Counted from the stretch's first letter, positions 41,157 to 51,187 are shown. The stretch is 64,000 nt of DNA from an uncultured Acidobacteriota bacterium (GCA_963720545.1 OY970399.1:2368001-2432000), one strand, 5' to 3'. Made by a program: numbers and translations. The notes: generated by a model from the sequence alone, not told the origin.

Positions 41157-41302
41157 TGGAGAGCGCAGGCAGCGGCGTCATCAGCGGCGGCTACGGTTAC
41201 GTAATCGCCGCCTACACGCTCAGTGCCTTCGTCTACGGCGGCTACTGGCTGTACCTGGTGCGCTCGTGGCGCGCGGCGCGGCGCTCGCGGGGTGCGCGCT
41301 GA
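41156..41302 (+). CDS. ccmD: Heme exporter protein CcmD
   Basis: 48 aa, YVIAAY, single TM plus basic tail, between ccmC and ccmE. Confidence 0.75.
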   Translation: MESAGSGVISGGYGYVIAAYTLSAFVYGGYWLYLVRSWRAARRSRGAR

Positions 41303-41745
41303 AGCGGCCGCGGCTGTTCGCGGTGGCAGCGCTCGCGGTCGCGGGTGCTGCGCTCCTGGCGCTGACGCTCGGCGGCATCGGCAAGAATCTCGTCTACTAC
41401 TGGGGGCCCACGGAACTGCGCGCCGCCGGCGACAAGGCGTACGGCGCTTCCATCCGCCTCGGCGGGCTGGTGGCCGACGGCTCGATCGTCCATGGCGAAG
41501 GACCGTCGGCGCTCGCCTTCGACGTCGTCGACCGCAAGGGCGGCCGCGTCCACGTGCAGTGCACCGGCGTACCGCCGCAGATGTTCCGCGAGCGCATCGG
41601 CGTCGTCATCGAGGGCACCATGACCCGCTCCGGCTATTTTCAGGGCAACCGCCTGCTCGTCTCCCATGGCAACGACTACCGGGCACCGGGGGACACGGAG
41701 CAGAAGGCGATCGAGGACCTGATGAAGAGCACCCAGGGTCTGTGA
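41299..41745 (+). CDS. ccmE: Heme chaperone CcmE
   Basis: NLVYY, IRLGGLV, GVPPQMFRE, HGNDY (HxxxY); probable CTG start. Confidence 0.9.
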   Translation: MKRPRLFAVAALAVAGAALLALTLGGIGKNLVYYWGPTELRAAGDKAYGASIRLGGLVADGSIVHGEGPSALAFDVVDRKGGRVHVQCTGVPPQMFRERIGVVIEGTMTRSGYFQGNRLLVSHGNDYRAPGDTEQKAIEDLMKSTQGL

Positions 41746-43709
41746 CCGCGTCCCTCGGCCGCGGCCTGATCCTGGTCGCGCTGTTCGCGGCGACCGCCGG
41801 CTCGATCCTCGGCTTCGTCACCGGCCACACCGACAACCAGGCCGCGCGGCGCTGGCTGCAGCGCCTGCTGCAGCTTTTCTGCGCCGCGATCGCCGCCGCC
41901 AACCTCGTCATGGTGAAGGCGCTCCTGAGCCACGACTTCTCGGTGAGCTACGTCGCGCAGCTCGGCTCGCGCTCCGTGCCCACGTGGGTGACGATCGTCA
42001 GCCTGTGGGCGTCGCTCGAAGGCTCCGTCCTCTTCTGGGGACTGGTGCTCGGCGTGTACGTCTATGCGGCCAGCCGCGCGTTGTTTGCAGCGCATCCCGA
42101 GTACGCCTCGTACGCTGCCGCCACCTGGCTCTTCTGCGGCGCTTTCTTCGCCTTCCTGCTCGCCGGACCGGCGCAGCCGTTTCGCGACGTGTTTCCGGTG
42201 CCTCTCGACGGTCCCGGGCCCAACCCGCTGCTGCAGAACCATGTCCTCATGGCGATCCATCCACCGTTCCTCTATCTCGGCTATGTCGGCATGACGATTC
42301 CGTTCGGCCTCGCGTGCGCCGCGCTGTTGCGCGGGCGGCTCGGCCCCGCCTACCTGCGGCCGCTGCGCACCTGGCTGCTGCTGCCATGGTGTTTCCTCAC
42401 GGTCGCCATCATGCTCGGCGGCTGGTGGGCGTACGAGGTGCTGGGCTGGGGCGGCTACTGGGCGTGGGATCCGGTCGAGAACGCATCCTTCCTGCCGTGG
42501 CTCGCAGCCACCGCGGCGCTGCACTCGGCGATCCTGTCCGAAAGAAAAGGCGTGCTGCGCGGCTGGACCGCGACACTGGTGCTGGCCACCTTCGTCCTCA
42601 CCATCCTCGGCACGTTCATGACGCGCTCCGGCGTCTTCAACTCGGTGCACTCGTTCACGCAGAGCGACATCGGCCCCACCATCCTGGTGTTTCTCGCCCT
42701 GGTGCTCGCCGCCAGCGTGCTGCTGCTCGCGTTGCGCATCGACGCGCTGGCGCCCGAGGGCAGGCTGCACCGAGGCCTGAGCCGTGACGCGTTCTTCCTC
42801 GTCAACAACCTGCTGTTCGTCCTGTTCACGTTCACGATCCTCATCGGCACCGTGTTCCCGCTGGTGGTCGAGGCGTGGAACGGCGTGCAGATGAGCGTCG
42901 GCCGGCCGTACTTCGACCGCATGGCGGTGCCGATCGGCACGGCGCTGCTCTTCATCATGGGTGTCGGCCCGGCGCTGCCCTGGGGGCGCACCACCGGCGG
43001 CGGCGCCCTGGCGGCGCTGCGCCTGCCGATCGCCGCGGGCGTCGCGGCGGCGGCCATCGGCGCCGCGGCTTCGGTGCGCAACGGCTGGACGCTCATCACC
43101 TTGCTGTTTGCCGGCTTCACCGCGTGCGTGACCTTGCGCGAGATGCTGGCGCCGGCGCTGGCGCGCACCCGCGGGCGCGGCGAATCGGCGTGGGCGGCGC
43201 TCGGCGCGTCGCTCCACGGCGGCGGACGGCGACGCTTCGCCTCCTACGTGGTGCACGCGGGCGCCATCGTCGTGATCCTCGCGATCGCCATCAGCAGCAC
43301 GCAGGGGGCGTCTGCCGAAGTGCAGCTGCGGCGCGGCGAATCGGTGTCGCTGCACGGCTACACGCTCACTTATCTCGGCGCCGAGGAAACGAGCGAGCCG
43401 CACCGCACCGCCGTGATCGCCCGCATCGGCATCAGCCGCGGCGGCCGCGACGCCGGCACGCTCGCGCCGCGCATGAACCACTACGAGACGCAGCGCGAGC
43501 CGATCGGCACGCCGGCGGTGCGCACCTCGCTTTTCTCCGACCTCTACGTCTCGCTGATGAACATCCAGCCGGGCGCCGAGAGCATCGGCATCCTGGCGCG
43601 CTTCAACCCGATGGTCGCGTGGATCTGGGCCGCGGCCATCCTCATGGCCCTGGGCGGTCTGGCAGCGCTGATCCCGGCGCGGCGCGGCACCCGGGACGCG
43701 GGGGCATAG
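41742..43709 (+). CDS. ccmF: Cytochrome c heme lyase CcmF
   Basis: NPLLQN, HPPFLYLGY, LGWGGYWAWDPVENAS, TRSG..SVHSF. Confidence 0.96.
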   Translation: MTASLGRGLILVALFAATAGSILGFVTGHTDNQAARRWLQRLLQLFCAAIAAANLVMVKALLSHDFSVSYVAQLGSRSVPTWVTIVSLWASLEGSVLFWGLVLGVYVYAASRALFAAHPEYASYAAATWLFCGAFFAFLLAGPAQPFRDVFPVPLDGPGPNPLLQNHVLMAIHPPFLYLGYVGMTIPFGLACAALLRGRLGPAYLRPLRTWLLLPWCFLTVAIMLGGWWAYEVLGWGGYWAWDPVENASFLPWLAATAALHSAILSERKGVLRGWTATLVLATFVLTILGTFMTRSGVFNSVHSFTQSDIGPTILVFLALVLAASVLLLALRIDALAPEGRLHRGLSRDAFFLVNNLLFVLFTFTILIGTVFPLVVEAWNGVQMSVGRPYFDRMAVPIGTALLFIMGVGPALPWGRTTGGGALAALRLPIAAGVAAAAIGAAASVRNGWTLITLLFAGFTACVTLREMLAPALARTRGRGESAWAALGASLHGGGRRRFASYVVHAGAIVVILAIAISSTQGASAEVQLRRGESVSLHGYTLTYLGAEETSEPHRTAVIARIGISRGGRDAGTLAPRMNHYETQREPIGTPAVRTSLFSDLYVSLMNIQPGAESIGILARFNPMVAWIWAAAILMALGGLAALIPARRGTRDAGA

Positions 43710-44237
43710 GTGGCGGTCAACAAGCGGGTGCTCGGCGTCGGCCTCGTGGTCGTGGTGCCGCTGGTCGCGGTGCTGGTCGCGAATCTCGGCCGCGACCCGC
43801 ACGCGATCGCGACGCCGCTCGTCGGCAAGCAGGCGCCGCCGTTCGACCTCGGCACGCTCGACAGCGGCGGCAAGGTTTCGCTGCGCTCGCTCGCCGGCCG
43901 TCCCGTGGTCCTCAACTTCTGGGCCAGCTGGTGCGTGCCGTGCCAGGCCGAGAACCCGGTGTTGCTCGAAGCGGCACGCGCAAACCCGGATGTCGCGTTC
44001 CTTGGCATCGTCTATGAAGACGAGCCGGCGCGCGCGGCGGCGTTCCTGCGCGAGCTGGGCGCCGCGTATCCGTCGCTGCTCGATCCGCAAGCCACGACCG
44101 CGGTTGCGTACGGCGTCGCCGGCGTTCCCGAGACCTACTTCATCGACCGCGCCGGCCGCATCGTCGGCAAGTACGCGGCACCGCTCGAAGGCGAGGTCCT
44201 CGCGCGCGGCATCGCCCTCGCAAGGGACGGCTCGTGA
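43710..44237 (+). CDS. ccmG: Thiol-disulfide oxidoreductase CcmG/DsbE
   Basis: NFWASWCVPC, GVPETYFID; N-terminal anchor. Confidence 0.92.
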   Translation: MAVNKRVLGVGLVVVVPLVAVLVANLGRDPHAIATPLVGKQAPPFDLGTLDSGGKVSLRSLAGRPVVLNFWASWCVPCQAENPVLLEAARANPDVAFLGIVYEDEPARAAAFLRELGAAYPSLLDPQATTAVAYGVAGVPETYFIDRAGRIVGKYAAPLEGEVLARGIALARDGS

Positions 44238-44776
44238 AGGCGCTGCTGCCGGCGATCGCGATCGCCGCTCTGGTGAGCGCGGCGCCCGTGCGTGCCGCGG
44301 ACCAGACGCCGCACTACCGCGAGGTGCTCGGTGCTCCGGCCGGGCCCGCGCTCTTCGGCCCGGCGCTCGAGCGCGCCAGCAAGGACGTGTCGTCGGTGCT
44401 GCGCTGTCCGGTGTGCCAGGGCCTCTCGGTCGAGGACTCGCCCTCGGGAATGGCGCAGGCGATGCGCGCGCAGGTGCGCGAGATGACGGCGCAAGGCTAC
44501 GGTGAGGAGCAGATCCTCACGTACTTCGAGCGCTCCTACGGCGAGTTCGTGCGGCTCGAGCCGCGCCGCGAAGGCATCAACTGGTTCGTCTGGCTGGCGC
44601 CGATCGGCGCGCTCGCGATCGGCGCGGCGGTGATCTTCGCGGTGCTGCGCCGCGGCGACGCCGGCGCGGGCGACACGGAAGCCGCTGCGACCGGGTCGGA
44701 CGATCCCGAGCTCGAGAGGTACCTTGGGCAAGTCCGCGACGCGACGCGGAACCGCGACCAGCAGAGAGCACCTTGA
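44234..44776 (+). CDS. ccmH: Cytochrome c biogenesis protein CcmH
   Basis: LRCPVCQG, YGEFV, C-terminal TM. Confidence 0.92.
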   Translation: MKALLPAIAIAALVSAAPVRAADQTPHYREVLGAPAGPALFGPALERASKDVSSVLRCPVCQGLSVEDSPSGMAQAMRAQVREMTAQGYGEEQILTYFERSYGEFVRLEPRREGINWFVWLAPIGALAIGAAVIFAVLRRGDAGAGDTEAAATGSDDPELERYLGQVRDATRNRDQQRAP

Positions 44777-46056
44777 CAGGCGCCGCGACCGACTGGAATC
44801 CGGGCATCGTCGCAGCCGTCCTCGGCGTACTGCTCGGCATCGGCGTCTTGTGGCTGGTGCGGAGGCGGCGCGGCACCGCCGAGGTCCTGAAGGGAGCGGA
44901 CGCCGTACAGATGCGCGACCTCGAAGCGCGCCGCGACGTCCTCTACGAGCAGCTCAACGAACTGCGCCGCCGGCCCGGCGACCTCAACCCCGCGGACGCC
45001 GCCGGGGAACAGTTCCGCCTCGAGATGGAGGCGGCGCGCACGCTGAAGGCGATCGAGGAGCTGCGCACAAGGACGACGCGCCCGGGAGCGGCGGATGCAG
45101 CGGGTGCCGCGGCACCGCCGCGAGCCTCCGCGGTCGCGGGCTTCATCTGGGGCGTCTCGAGCATGGCCGTCCTCGGTGCTCTGGTCTTTTTCGTGTCGCA
45201 GCGGACCACCGAGCGCGATTCCGGCGCGGGCGCCACCGGTACCGTCGGCGGCGCGCCGCAGGGTGGCCGCACGCCGGGCCCCGAGCCGCGGGAGATCACC
45301 GCGATGCGTGAAGCCGTGGCGCACGCGCCGCAGGACGTCGCCGCGCGCTTGGCATTGGTGCGCGCGCTGCTCAACACCCGCGACCTCGTCGGCGTCTTCG
45401 AACAGACCGAAGCGGTGCTGCAGGTTTCGCCGGGGCAGCCCGAGGCGCTCTCGTACCAGGCCCTGGTGCGCATCGCCATGGGCCAGCCGGAAATGGCGCG
45501 CGACATGCTGCAGCAGGCGCTCAAGACCGATCCCGACCTCGTGGACGGCTACCTGCACCTGGCGCTAGCACAGGTGCGCCTCGGCGAGGCCGAAGCCGCA
45601 AAGACGACGATCGCCACGGCGGTGAAGCGCTTCCCGCAGCAGCAGGACCTCTTCCGCCGCGCTTACGCCGAGATGACCGCCGAGCGCGCCGCGCCACCGC
45701 CGCCCCAGGCCGCTGCCGCGCACGGCACGGCGATCGCCGGCACCATCGCGCTCGACCCTGCGCTCGCCGGCAGCGTCGCGCGCGGAGCGCTGGTGTTCAT
45801 CGTGGTGCGCCCTGCCGGCACGGCACAGGGTCCGCCGGCCGCCGCCAAGCGCCTCGTGGTGGACGCCTTTCCGGTCGCGTTTGCGATCAGCGACGCGGAC
45901 TCGATGGCTGGCGCCAGCCTGCCGCAGTCGCTGCGCATCGACGTGCGCATCGACAAAGACGGCAACCCGCTGACGCGCGAACCCGATGCGCCGCACGCTT
46001 CGCTCGACGCGGTAGCCGCCGGGCAGCGCGACCTGCGCCTGGTGCTGAGGCGCTAG
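44773..46056 (+). CDS. ccmI: CcmI/CycH-like TPR protein
   Basis: Two TM segments, TPR helices, C-terminal domain (GPPAAAKR, FPVAF.ISDADSM). Confidence 0.82.
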   Translation: MTGAATDWNPGIVAAVLGVLLGIGVLWLVRRRRGTAEVLKGADAVQMRDLEARRDVLYEQLNELRRRPGDLNPADAAGEQFRLEMEAARTLKAIEELRTRTTRPGAADAAGAAAPPRASAVAGFIWGVSSMAVLGALVFFVSQRTTERDSGAGATGTVGGAPQGGRTPGPEPREITAMREAVAHAPQDVAARLALVRALLNTRDLVGVFEQTEAVLQVSPGQPEALSYQALVRIAMGQPEMARDMLQQALKTDPDLVDGYLHLALAQVRLGEAEAAKTTIATAVKRFPQQQDLFRRAYAEMTAERAAPPPPQAAAAHGTAIAGTIALDPALAGSVARGALVFIVVRPAGTAQGPPAAAKRLVVDAFPVAFAISDADSMAGASLPQSLRIDVRIDKDGNPLTREPDAPHASLDAVAAGQRDLRLVLRR

Positions 46057-46097
46057 GCTGGCGTGCAGGGCAATCTTTCTTCTGAAGAGGTGAATCC

Positions 46098-46859
46098 ATG
46101 TCCGTGTCGAAGTCGAGATTCCTGAGCGCGGCGCTCGCCGCGCTGCTGTTGACAGCTCCCGCCGCATTCGCCGCCGACAAGGCGGTGACCTTCCCAAGCG
46201 GCGACGAGAAGGTGAGTGCCTTCCTCGCGACCCCGGCAAGCACCGCTCCCGCGCCCGCGATCGTGGTGGTGCACGAATGGTGGGGGCTCGACGAATGGGT
46301 CAAGAGCCAGGCGCGCGCGCTCGCGAAGGAGGGCTACGTGGTGCTTGCGGTGGACCTCTACCGCGGCAAGGTGACTGACAAGGAGGCGGTGGCGCACCAG
46401 CTGATGAGCGGCCTGCCGGCCGACCGCGCGATGCGCGACCTGCACGCGGCCGTCGCTTATCTCGCGGGGCTGCCGCAGGTGCGCAAGGACCGCATCGGCG
46501 CGCTCGGCTGGTGCATGGGCGGGCGCTATTCGTATGCGCTCAGCACCGAGGAAAAGGCGATCGTCGCGGTGGCCGCGTACTACGGCGCGCCGCCGACCGA
46601 TCCGGCGGCGATCGCGCGCATCAACGGGCCGGTGCTCGGCAATTTCGGCGCCGACGACCAGGGCCCCTCGCCCGAGCAGGTGAAGGCGTTCGCCCAGGCC
46701 CTGGAAGCCTCCGGCAAGAAGGCCGACATCAAGCTCTACGAAGGCGCCGGCCACGCGTTCGCCAACCCGAACAATCCCTGGCACGGCTACCGCGAGGCGG
46801 CCGCACAGGATGCCTGGACGCGCACCGTTGCGTTCTTCGCCGCCAACCTGAAGCAGTAA
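46098..46859 (+). CDS. Dienelactone hydrolase family protein, exported
   Basis: HEWWGL, GWCMGG, YYG, AGHAF; signal peptide. Confidence 0.92.
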   Translation: MSVSKSRFLSAALAALLLTAPAAFAADKAVTFPSGDEKVSAFLATPASTAPAPAIVVVHEWWGLDEWVKSQARALAKEGYVVLAVDLYRGKVTDKEAVAHQLMSGLPADRAMRDLHAAVAYLAGLPQVRKDRIGALGWCMGGRYSYALSTEEKAIVAVAAYYGAPPTDPAAIARINGPVLGNFGADDQGPSPEQVKAFAQALEASGKKADIKLYEGAGHAFANPNNPWHGYREAAAQDAWTRTVAFFAANLKQ

Positions 46860-46880
46860 CGCGCCCCGCAGGAGCACCGC

Positions 46881-47207
46881 ATGGCCCTCGCCTTCGACCT
46901 GCGCCGCCTCGTCGCCGAACACGAGCGCGGCGCGCAGCGCTATCTCGAGTTCCTGCGCGTTCCGGCGATGAGCCTCGGCCTCTACAAGCTCGCGAAAGGC
47001 GCCGTCGATCCGCAGAAGCCGCATACCGAAGACGAGCTCTACTACGTGATCAAGGGCCGCGCGGTCCTGACGATCGGCGTCGAAGAGGTGCCGGTCGAGA
47101 CCGGGTCGCTCGCGTTCGTCGCAGCGAACGTGGTGCACCGCTTCCACGACATCGCCGAGGACCTCGAAGTGCTGGTGCTGTTCGCACCGGCGGAGCAGGA
47201 ACCCTAG
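46881..47207 (+). CDS. Cupin domain protein
   Basis: PHTEDELYYV, HRFH; AGGAG RBS. Confidence 0.88.
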   Translation: MALAFDLRRLVAEHERGAQRYLEFLRVPAMSLGLYKLAKGAVDPQKPHTEDELYYVIKGRAVLTIGVEEVPVETGSLAFVAANVVHRFHDIAEDLEVLVLFAPAEQEP

Positions 47208-47220
47208 GCCTGGAAAGCGC

Positions 47221-47252
47221 TTGACAATAGTTTAGTAATAACTAAACTATTG
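47221..47252 (+). promoter_or_regulatory. Sigma70 promoter overlapped by a perfect 12-4-12 inverted repeat (putative ArsR operator)
   Basis: TTGACA-16-TAAACT; CAATAGTTTAGT-AATA-ACTAAACTATTG. Confidence 0.85.
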
Positions 47253-47254
47253 CC

Positions 47255-47554
47255 ATGTCAGCCCTGCTGAAGGCGCTCGCGGAGCCCCGCCGCCAGCAGA
47301 TCGTCTGCCTGGTCCTCGACCAGGAGCTGGCGGCCGGTGTCATCCACCGCTCGCTCGGAGAGGTCACGTTCGGTGCCGTGTCGCAGCACCTGAAAATCCT
47401 CACGGAAGCGGGTGCGCTCGGCATGCGGCGCGCGGGGCGCAACCGTTATTACCGGGCCGATCGCCGCACCATCGCGCCGTTCCGTAAGCACCTCGAAGCG
47501 CAGTGGGGAAGCGCCCTGCAGCGGCTGAAGCGCTTGGCCGAGGCGGCGGAATGA
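47255..47554 (+). CDS. ArsR/SmtB family transcriptional regulator
   Basis: ALAEPRRQQI, AVSQHLKIL, GRNRYY. Confidence 0.9.
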   Translation: MSALLKALAEPRRQQIVCLVLDQELAAGVIHRSLGEVTFGAVSQHLKILTEAGALGMRRAGRNRYYRADRRTIAPFRKHLEAQWGSALQRLKRLAEAAE

Positions 47555-48330
47555 GCAAGCACCCGCATGACGACGAGATCGCTGTCGTCCGCGAGATCGT
47601 GATCGCGGCGCGCAAGGCGACGGTGTTCCGCTTCTTCACCGACTCCGCCCTGTGGGCGCAGTGGTGGGGGGCTGGTTCCACTGTCGAGCCGGTCGCGGGC
47701 GGCCGGGTCGTCATCGTGCATCCCGGCGACGTCCACGCCACGGGCGTAGTGCGCGAGCTGGTCGCAGGCGAACGTTTCGCCTTCACGTACGGCTACGAAG
47801 GCGAAGGCAAGCCCATTCCTCCCGGCGGCTCGCTCATCACCATCGAACTCGCGGAAGCGCCGGGCGGCACGCTCGTGACGCTGCGGCATTCGGGCCTGCC
47901 GAGCCGTGCCGTGGCCAGCGAGCACGAGCAGGGCTGGCGCTTCCAGATGTCTCGGTTCTCCGCGGCCGCCAGCAGCACCGAACAGGGCGACCTGGCTGCG
48001 AAGGCCGACCTGTGGATGAGCCTCTGGGGCGAGAGCGACGCCGGCAAGCGGGCGGCGGCTCTCGACGCCGCGAGTGACGACGTCACCTTTCACGACCGCT
48101 ACAGCGCGCTCTTCGGCAAGGCCGACGTAGACGCGCACGCCGCCGCGGCGGCAGTCCACATGCCGGGCGTGCGCCTGTTCCGCGCCGGCGATGTCCTTGC
48201 GAGCCACGGCACGGCGCTGGTGCGCTTCGAAGCGCGCAAGGACGGCGCGGTCGTCGGCAAGGGCACGAACGTGATGAGGTTCGCACCGGACGGCCGCATC
48301 GCCGCGGTCACCGGCTTCTGGGAAGCCTGA
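47551..48330 (+). CDS. SRPBCC (AHSA1-like) domain fused to a SnoaL-like domain
   Basis: VREIVIAA...VF, QWW, GT.VTLRH, HEQGW; C-terminal DGRIAAVTGF. Confidence 0.82.
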   Translation: MSKHPHDDEIAVVREIVIAARKATVFRFFTDSALWAQWWGAGSTVEPVAGGRVVIVHPGDVHATGVVRELVAGERFAFTYGYEGEGKPIPPGGSLITIELAEAPGGTLVTLRHSGLPSRAVASEHEQGWRFQMSRFSAAASSTEQGDLAAKADLWMSLWGESDAGKRAAALDAASDDVTFHDRYSALFGKADVDAHAAAAAVHMPGVRLFRAGDVLASHGTALVRFEARKDGAVVGKGTNVMRFAPDGRIAAVTGFWEA

Positions 48331-48460
48331 AAAGCAGCGGCGCGCTTTTTCGTGGCTGGCGCTGCGGAGCCGGGCTTACAATCGCCGCGTCCGCCCTGCA
48401 GCGTGAGGCGTCAGGGGGGACGCCATCCCTTCCTTATTTATCTCGTCAGAGGTGCCCCCG

Positions 48461-50116
48461 ATGAAGATTCCAGCAAGCCGCACCGTCGCGGCGGCTCTCG
48501 TTTGCCTCGCCGCCGCCGCCACGGCATTCGCCAAGGCGCCGCGCGTGGACCCGCAGGCGCAGAAAACCGTCGGCGTCCTGCGGCCCGTAGACCAGTTCGA
48601 ACGCGCCGACGGCGTCTACAACGCCGACGGCTCCGCCGCGATCCTGTACCGTCCCGATTTCGCGCTGCGCGGCGCGGCGTCGCCCAAGGCCGCGGCCGAC
48701 GCCTTCATCGGCGCGCGCCAGCAGGACCTCGGCCTCGATCCCGAGACCGCTGCGAGCCTGGTTGCGGGCACGGTGCGACCGTCTGGTCCGCTCGCGGTGG
48801 TTCGCTACACGCAGAAATTCGCCGGGCTGCCGGTCTGGGGCAGCGACCTCGCCATCAGCGTGGTGGACGGCGCGGTCGTGTTCGTGAACAACGACACCGT
48901 GCGCGGGCTGCAGCTGCCCGCCGCATCTCCGGGGCGCGGCAAGGCCAGCGCCGCGGCCGCGGCGCGCGCCCATCTCGGCTCGGTGGACGGTGCCGTCGAA
49001 GCGCTGCAGCGGATGATCTATCGCGGCGGCGACGGCGCGACGAGGATCGTCTGGCAGGTGGCTGCGGGCAGCTGGGAAGTGCTGGTGGACGACGCGACCG
49101 GCGCCGTGGTGCGCGCCGAGAGCAAGTCGCACAACGCCGACGGCCAGGGCCGCATCCACGTTCCCGATCCGTTGTCCAAGGCAAAGGCGCAGTACGGCGA
49201 CCCCGGCTTCGTGGACGGCAACGGCGCCAACACCGCGGAGCTCGGCAAGGCGCGCAAGCTGGTGACGCTGCGCGACGTCGAGGGCGCCGCGGGCAAGTTC
49301 GACCTCGACGGCCCGTGGGCCGCGTGCCGCGAGCTCGAGGCGCCGAACGACGCGGCCTGCCCGGTGCGCAACACCAGCACCTTCACGTTCGTGCGCAGCA
49401 ACAAGTTCTTCGACGCGGTGAACACGTACTACCACATCGACACTTACATGCGCTACGTGAACCTCACGCTCGGCGTCGCGGCGCGGCCCACGTACGCGGG
49501 CGGCGTGCACTACGACCCGCACGGATTCAGCGGCGCCGACAACTCGCACTTCGTCGATTCGCAGGGCGGCTTCGTCACCTTCGGCCAGGGCGGCGTGGAC
49601 GACGCGGAAGACGCCGACGTGGTGGTGCACGAGCTCGGCCACGGGCTGCACAGCTGGGCGACCGCCGGGCACCTCTCGCAGGTCGAGGGCCTCTCCGAAG
49701 GCGTTGGCGACTATGCCGCGAACAGCTACAGCCGCGACATCCCGAAGCAGTGGAAGCCGACCGACCCGGAATACTTCTGGGTGTTCAACTGGGACGGCCA
49801 CAACCCGTTCTGGCCCGGACGCGTCACCAACTGGAACATCGGCCACACCTACCCTGGCAACATCGGCTCCGAGATTCACGACCAGGGCCAGTACTGGGCT
49901 TCTTGCAACATGCTCGCGCGCCAGGCGATCGGCGCGGTGGCCATGGACCGCGCCTTCTGGACCGGCCTGTCGATGACCGGCGCCAACACCAGCCAGAAGA
50001 GCGCGGCGCAGGCGGTCCTGAACGCAGCGAACGCGCTCGGCTACACGACCGCGCAGAAGAACGCGATCGGCGCCGCCTACAACCAGAGCTGCACCTACAA
50101 CGTCACGGTGCCCTAG
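48461..50116 (+). CDS. Secreted zinc metallopeptidase (M36/M4-like) with FTP-type propeptide
   Basis: Signal peptide; Q..GLPVWG propeptide; DADVVVHELGHG, GLSEG.GDY, EIHDQG. Confidence 0.88.
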   Translation: MKIPASRTVAAALVCLAAAATAFAKAPRVDPQAQKTVGVLRPVDQFERADGVYNADGSAAILYRPDFALRGAASPKAAADAFIGARQQDLGLDPETAASLVAGTVRPSGPLAVVRYTQKFAGLPVWGSDLAISVVDGAVVFVNNDTVRGLQLPAASPGRGKASAAAAARAHLGSVDGAVEALQRMIYRGGDGATRIVWQVAAGSWEVLVDDATGAVVRAESKSHNADGQGRIHVPDPLSKAKAQYGDPGFVDGNGANTAELGKARKLVTLRDVEGAAGKFDLDGPWAACRELEAPNDAACPVRNTSTFTFVRSNKFFDAVNTYYHIDTYMRYVNLTLGVAARPTYAGGVHYDPHGFSGADNSHFVDSQGGFVTFGQGGVDDAEDADVVVHELGHGLHSWATAGHLSQVEGLSEGVGDYAANSYSRDIPKQWKPTDPEYFWVFNWDGHNPFWPGRVTNWNIGHTYPGNIGSEIHDQGQYWASCNMLARQAIGAVAMDRAFWTGLSMTGANTSQKSAAQAVLNAANALGYTTAQKNAIGAAYNQSCTYNVTVP

Positions 50117-50135
50117 GAGAACGACGACGAAGCGG

Positions 50136-50160
50136 GCCCGGCCGGGAGCAGCGGCCGGGC
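50136..50160. terminator. Hairpin between convergent genes
   Basis: Perfect 9-bp stem GCCCGGCCG / CGGCCGGGC with 7-nt loop. Confidence 0.55.
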
Positions 50161-51102
50161 TCAGACGGCGATGGGCGGCGCCGCCTCGGCCTCGGTCAGG
50201 GCACGCGGAAAGCACAGGCGGCGAAAGTTGCAGCGCTTGCACATCTGCGGGCGGTCGACCATCGCGAAGTCTTCGAGCCGCGCGAGGTTCTGGACGGGGT
50301 CGGTGAGCAGCCGGCGCATGCTCGCGGCGCTCTTCTCGACGAACGCGCGCGCCGCTTCGAGGCGCTTCGCGTCGACCGAGCGGCGCACGTACTTGGGCAC
50401 CGCGAGATACGCGAGCTCGGTGACGATTTCTTCGGGCGACTCGACCCAGCCCTGTTCCTTCGCGTAGAGCGCGTAGCCGGCGAGCTGCACCTCGTTGAAG
50501 CGTCCCTCGGAGCGGCCGGTCTTCCAGTCGACGATGATGACGCGGCCGTTGGCATCGCGGTAGGCGAGGTCCATGCGCAGGAAGATCGGCACGTCGCCGA
50601 CGCGGAACGAGATGAGGTCCTCGACCGTGAGCCAGCGCTCGCGCGAGGCGGCGAAGGCCTCGACCAGCGTCGGGCTGCGGAAGAAGTTGCGCATCGAGCG
50701 CATCACCGTGCCCACCAGGATCTTCTTGTCTTCCTGGTCGACAGGCGAGGAATACTCGTGCTCGAACAGGCGGAAGCGGGCGCTGCCGGCCTCGCTCTCG
50801 CGCCAGTCGGTGAGCATGCGGTTGTGGACGATGGCGCGGATCAGCGCTTCCTGATCCGCGGGCGGCGGGATCGCGTCGTGCGTCTTCAGGAACTCCTCGA
50901 TCGCCTCGTGCACCACGCTGCCGGCCCACAGCGGCAGCGCCGAAAGCTTCTTGAGGCGGTAGATCTCGGCGTCGGTGAGCGAGGCGTAGTACGAGTAGTA
51001 GTAGCGGCGCCGGCAGCTGTGAAAACAGTCGTGGCGCGACACCGACCACGAGAACTCCGACTTGTCCCGCTCGAGGAGCGGATCGACCGTGACTGCTACC
51101 AC
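50161..51102 (-). CDS. Stand-alone PD-(D/E)XK (RecB-family) nuclease with 4-Cys Fe-S motif
   Basis: SWS..R...SCRRRYY, GSVVH, E...RMDL...IVDWKTG, QLAGYA, CKRCNFRRLC. Confidence 0.85.
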   Translation of the reverse strand: MVAVTVDPLLERDKSEFSWSVSRHDCFHSCRRRYYYSYYASLTDAEIYRLKKLSALPLWAGSVVHEAIEEFLKTHDAIPPPADQEALIRAIVHNRMLTDWRESEAGSARFRLFEHEYSSPVDQEDKKILVGTVMRSMRNFFRSPTLVEAFAASRERWLTVEDLISFRVGDVPIFLRMDLAYRDANGRVIIVDWKTGRSEGRFNEVQLAGYALYAKEQGWVESPEEIVTELAYLAVPKYVRRSVDAKRLEAARAFVEKSAASMRRLLTDPVQNLARLEDFAMVDRPQMCKRCNFRRLCFPRALTEAEAAPPIAV

Positions 51103-51187
51103 TGCCAAGGACGCTAGCACGCACCGGCGCCGCGGCAGGGCCAAACGCCGGGCACGCGCGGCCCGGGCCCTTTGTTAACGTTTCGGG

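Noticed and set aside
48352..48460. Possible riboswitch upstream of the metallopeptidase
   Set aside because: Only a short GGCGTC/GACGCC hairpin; no recognisable aptamer consensus
50161..51102. Cas4 / CRISPR association
   Set aside because: No repeat-spacer array or cas1/cas2 in the window; the protein is longer than typical Cas4
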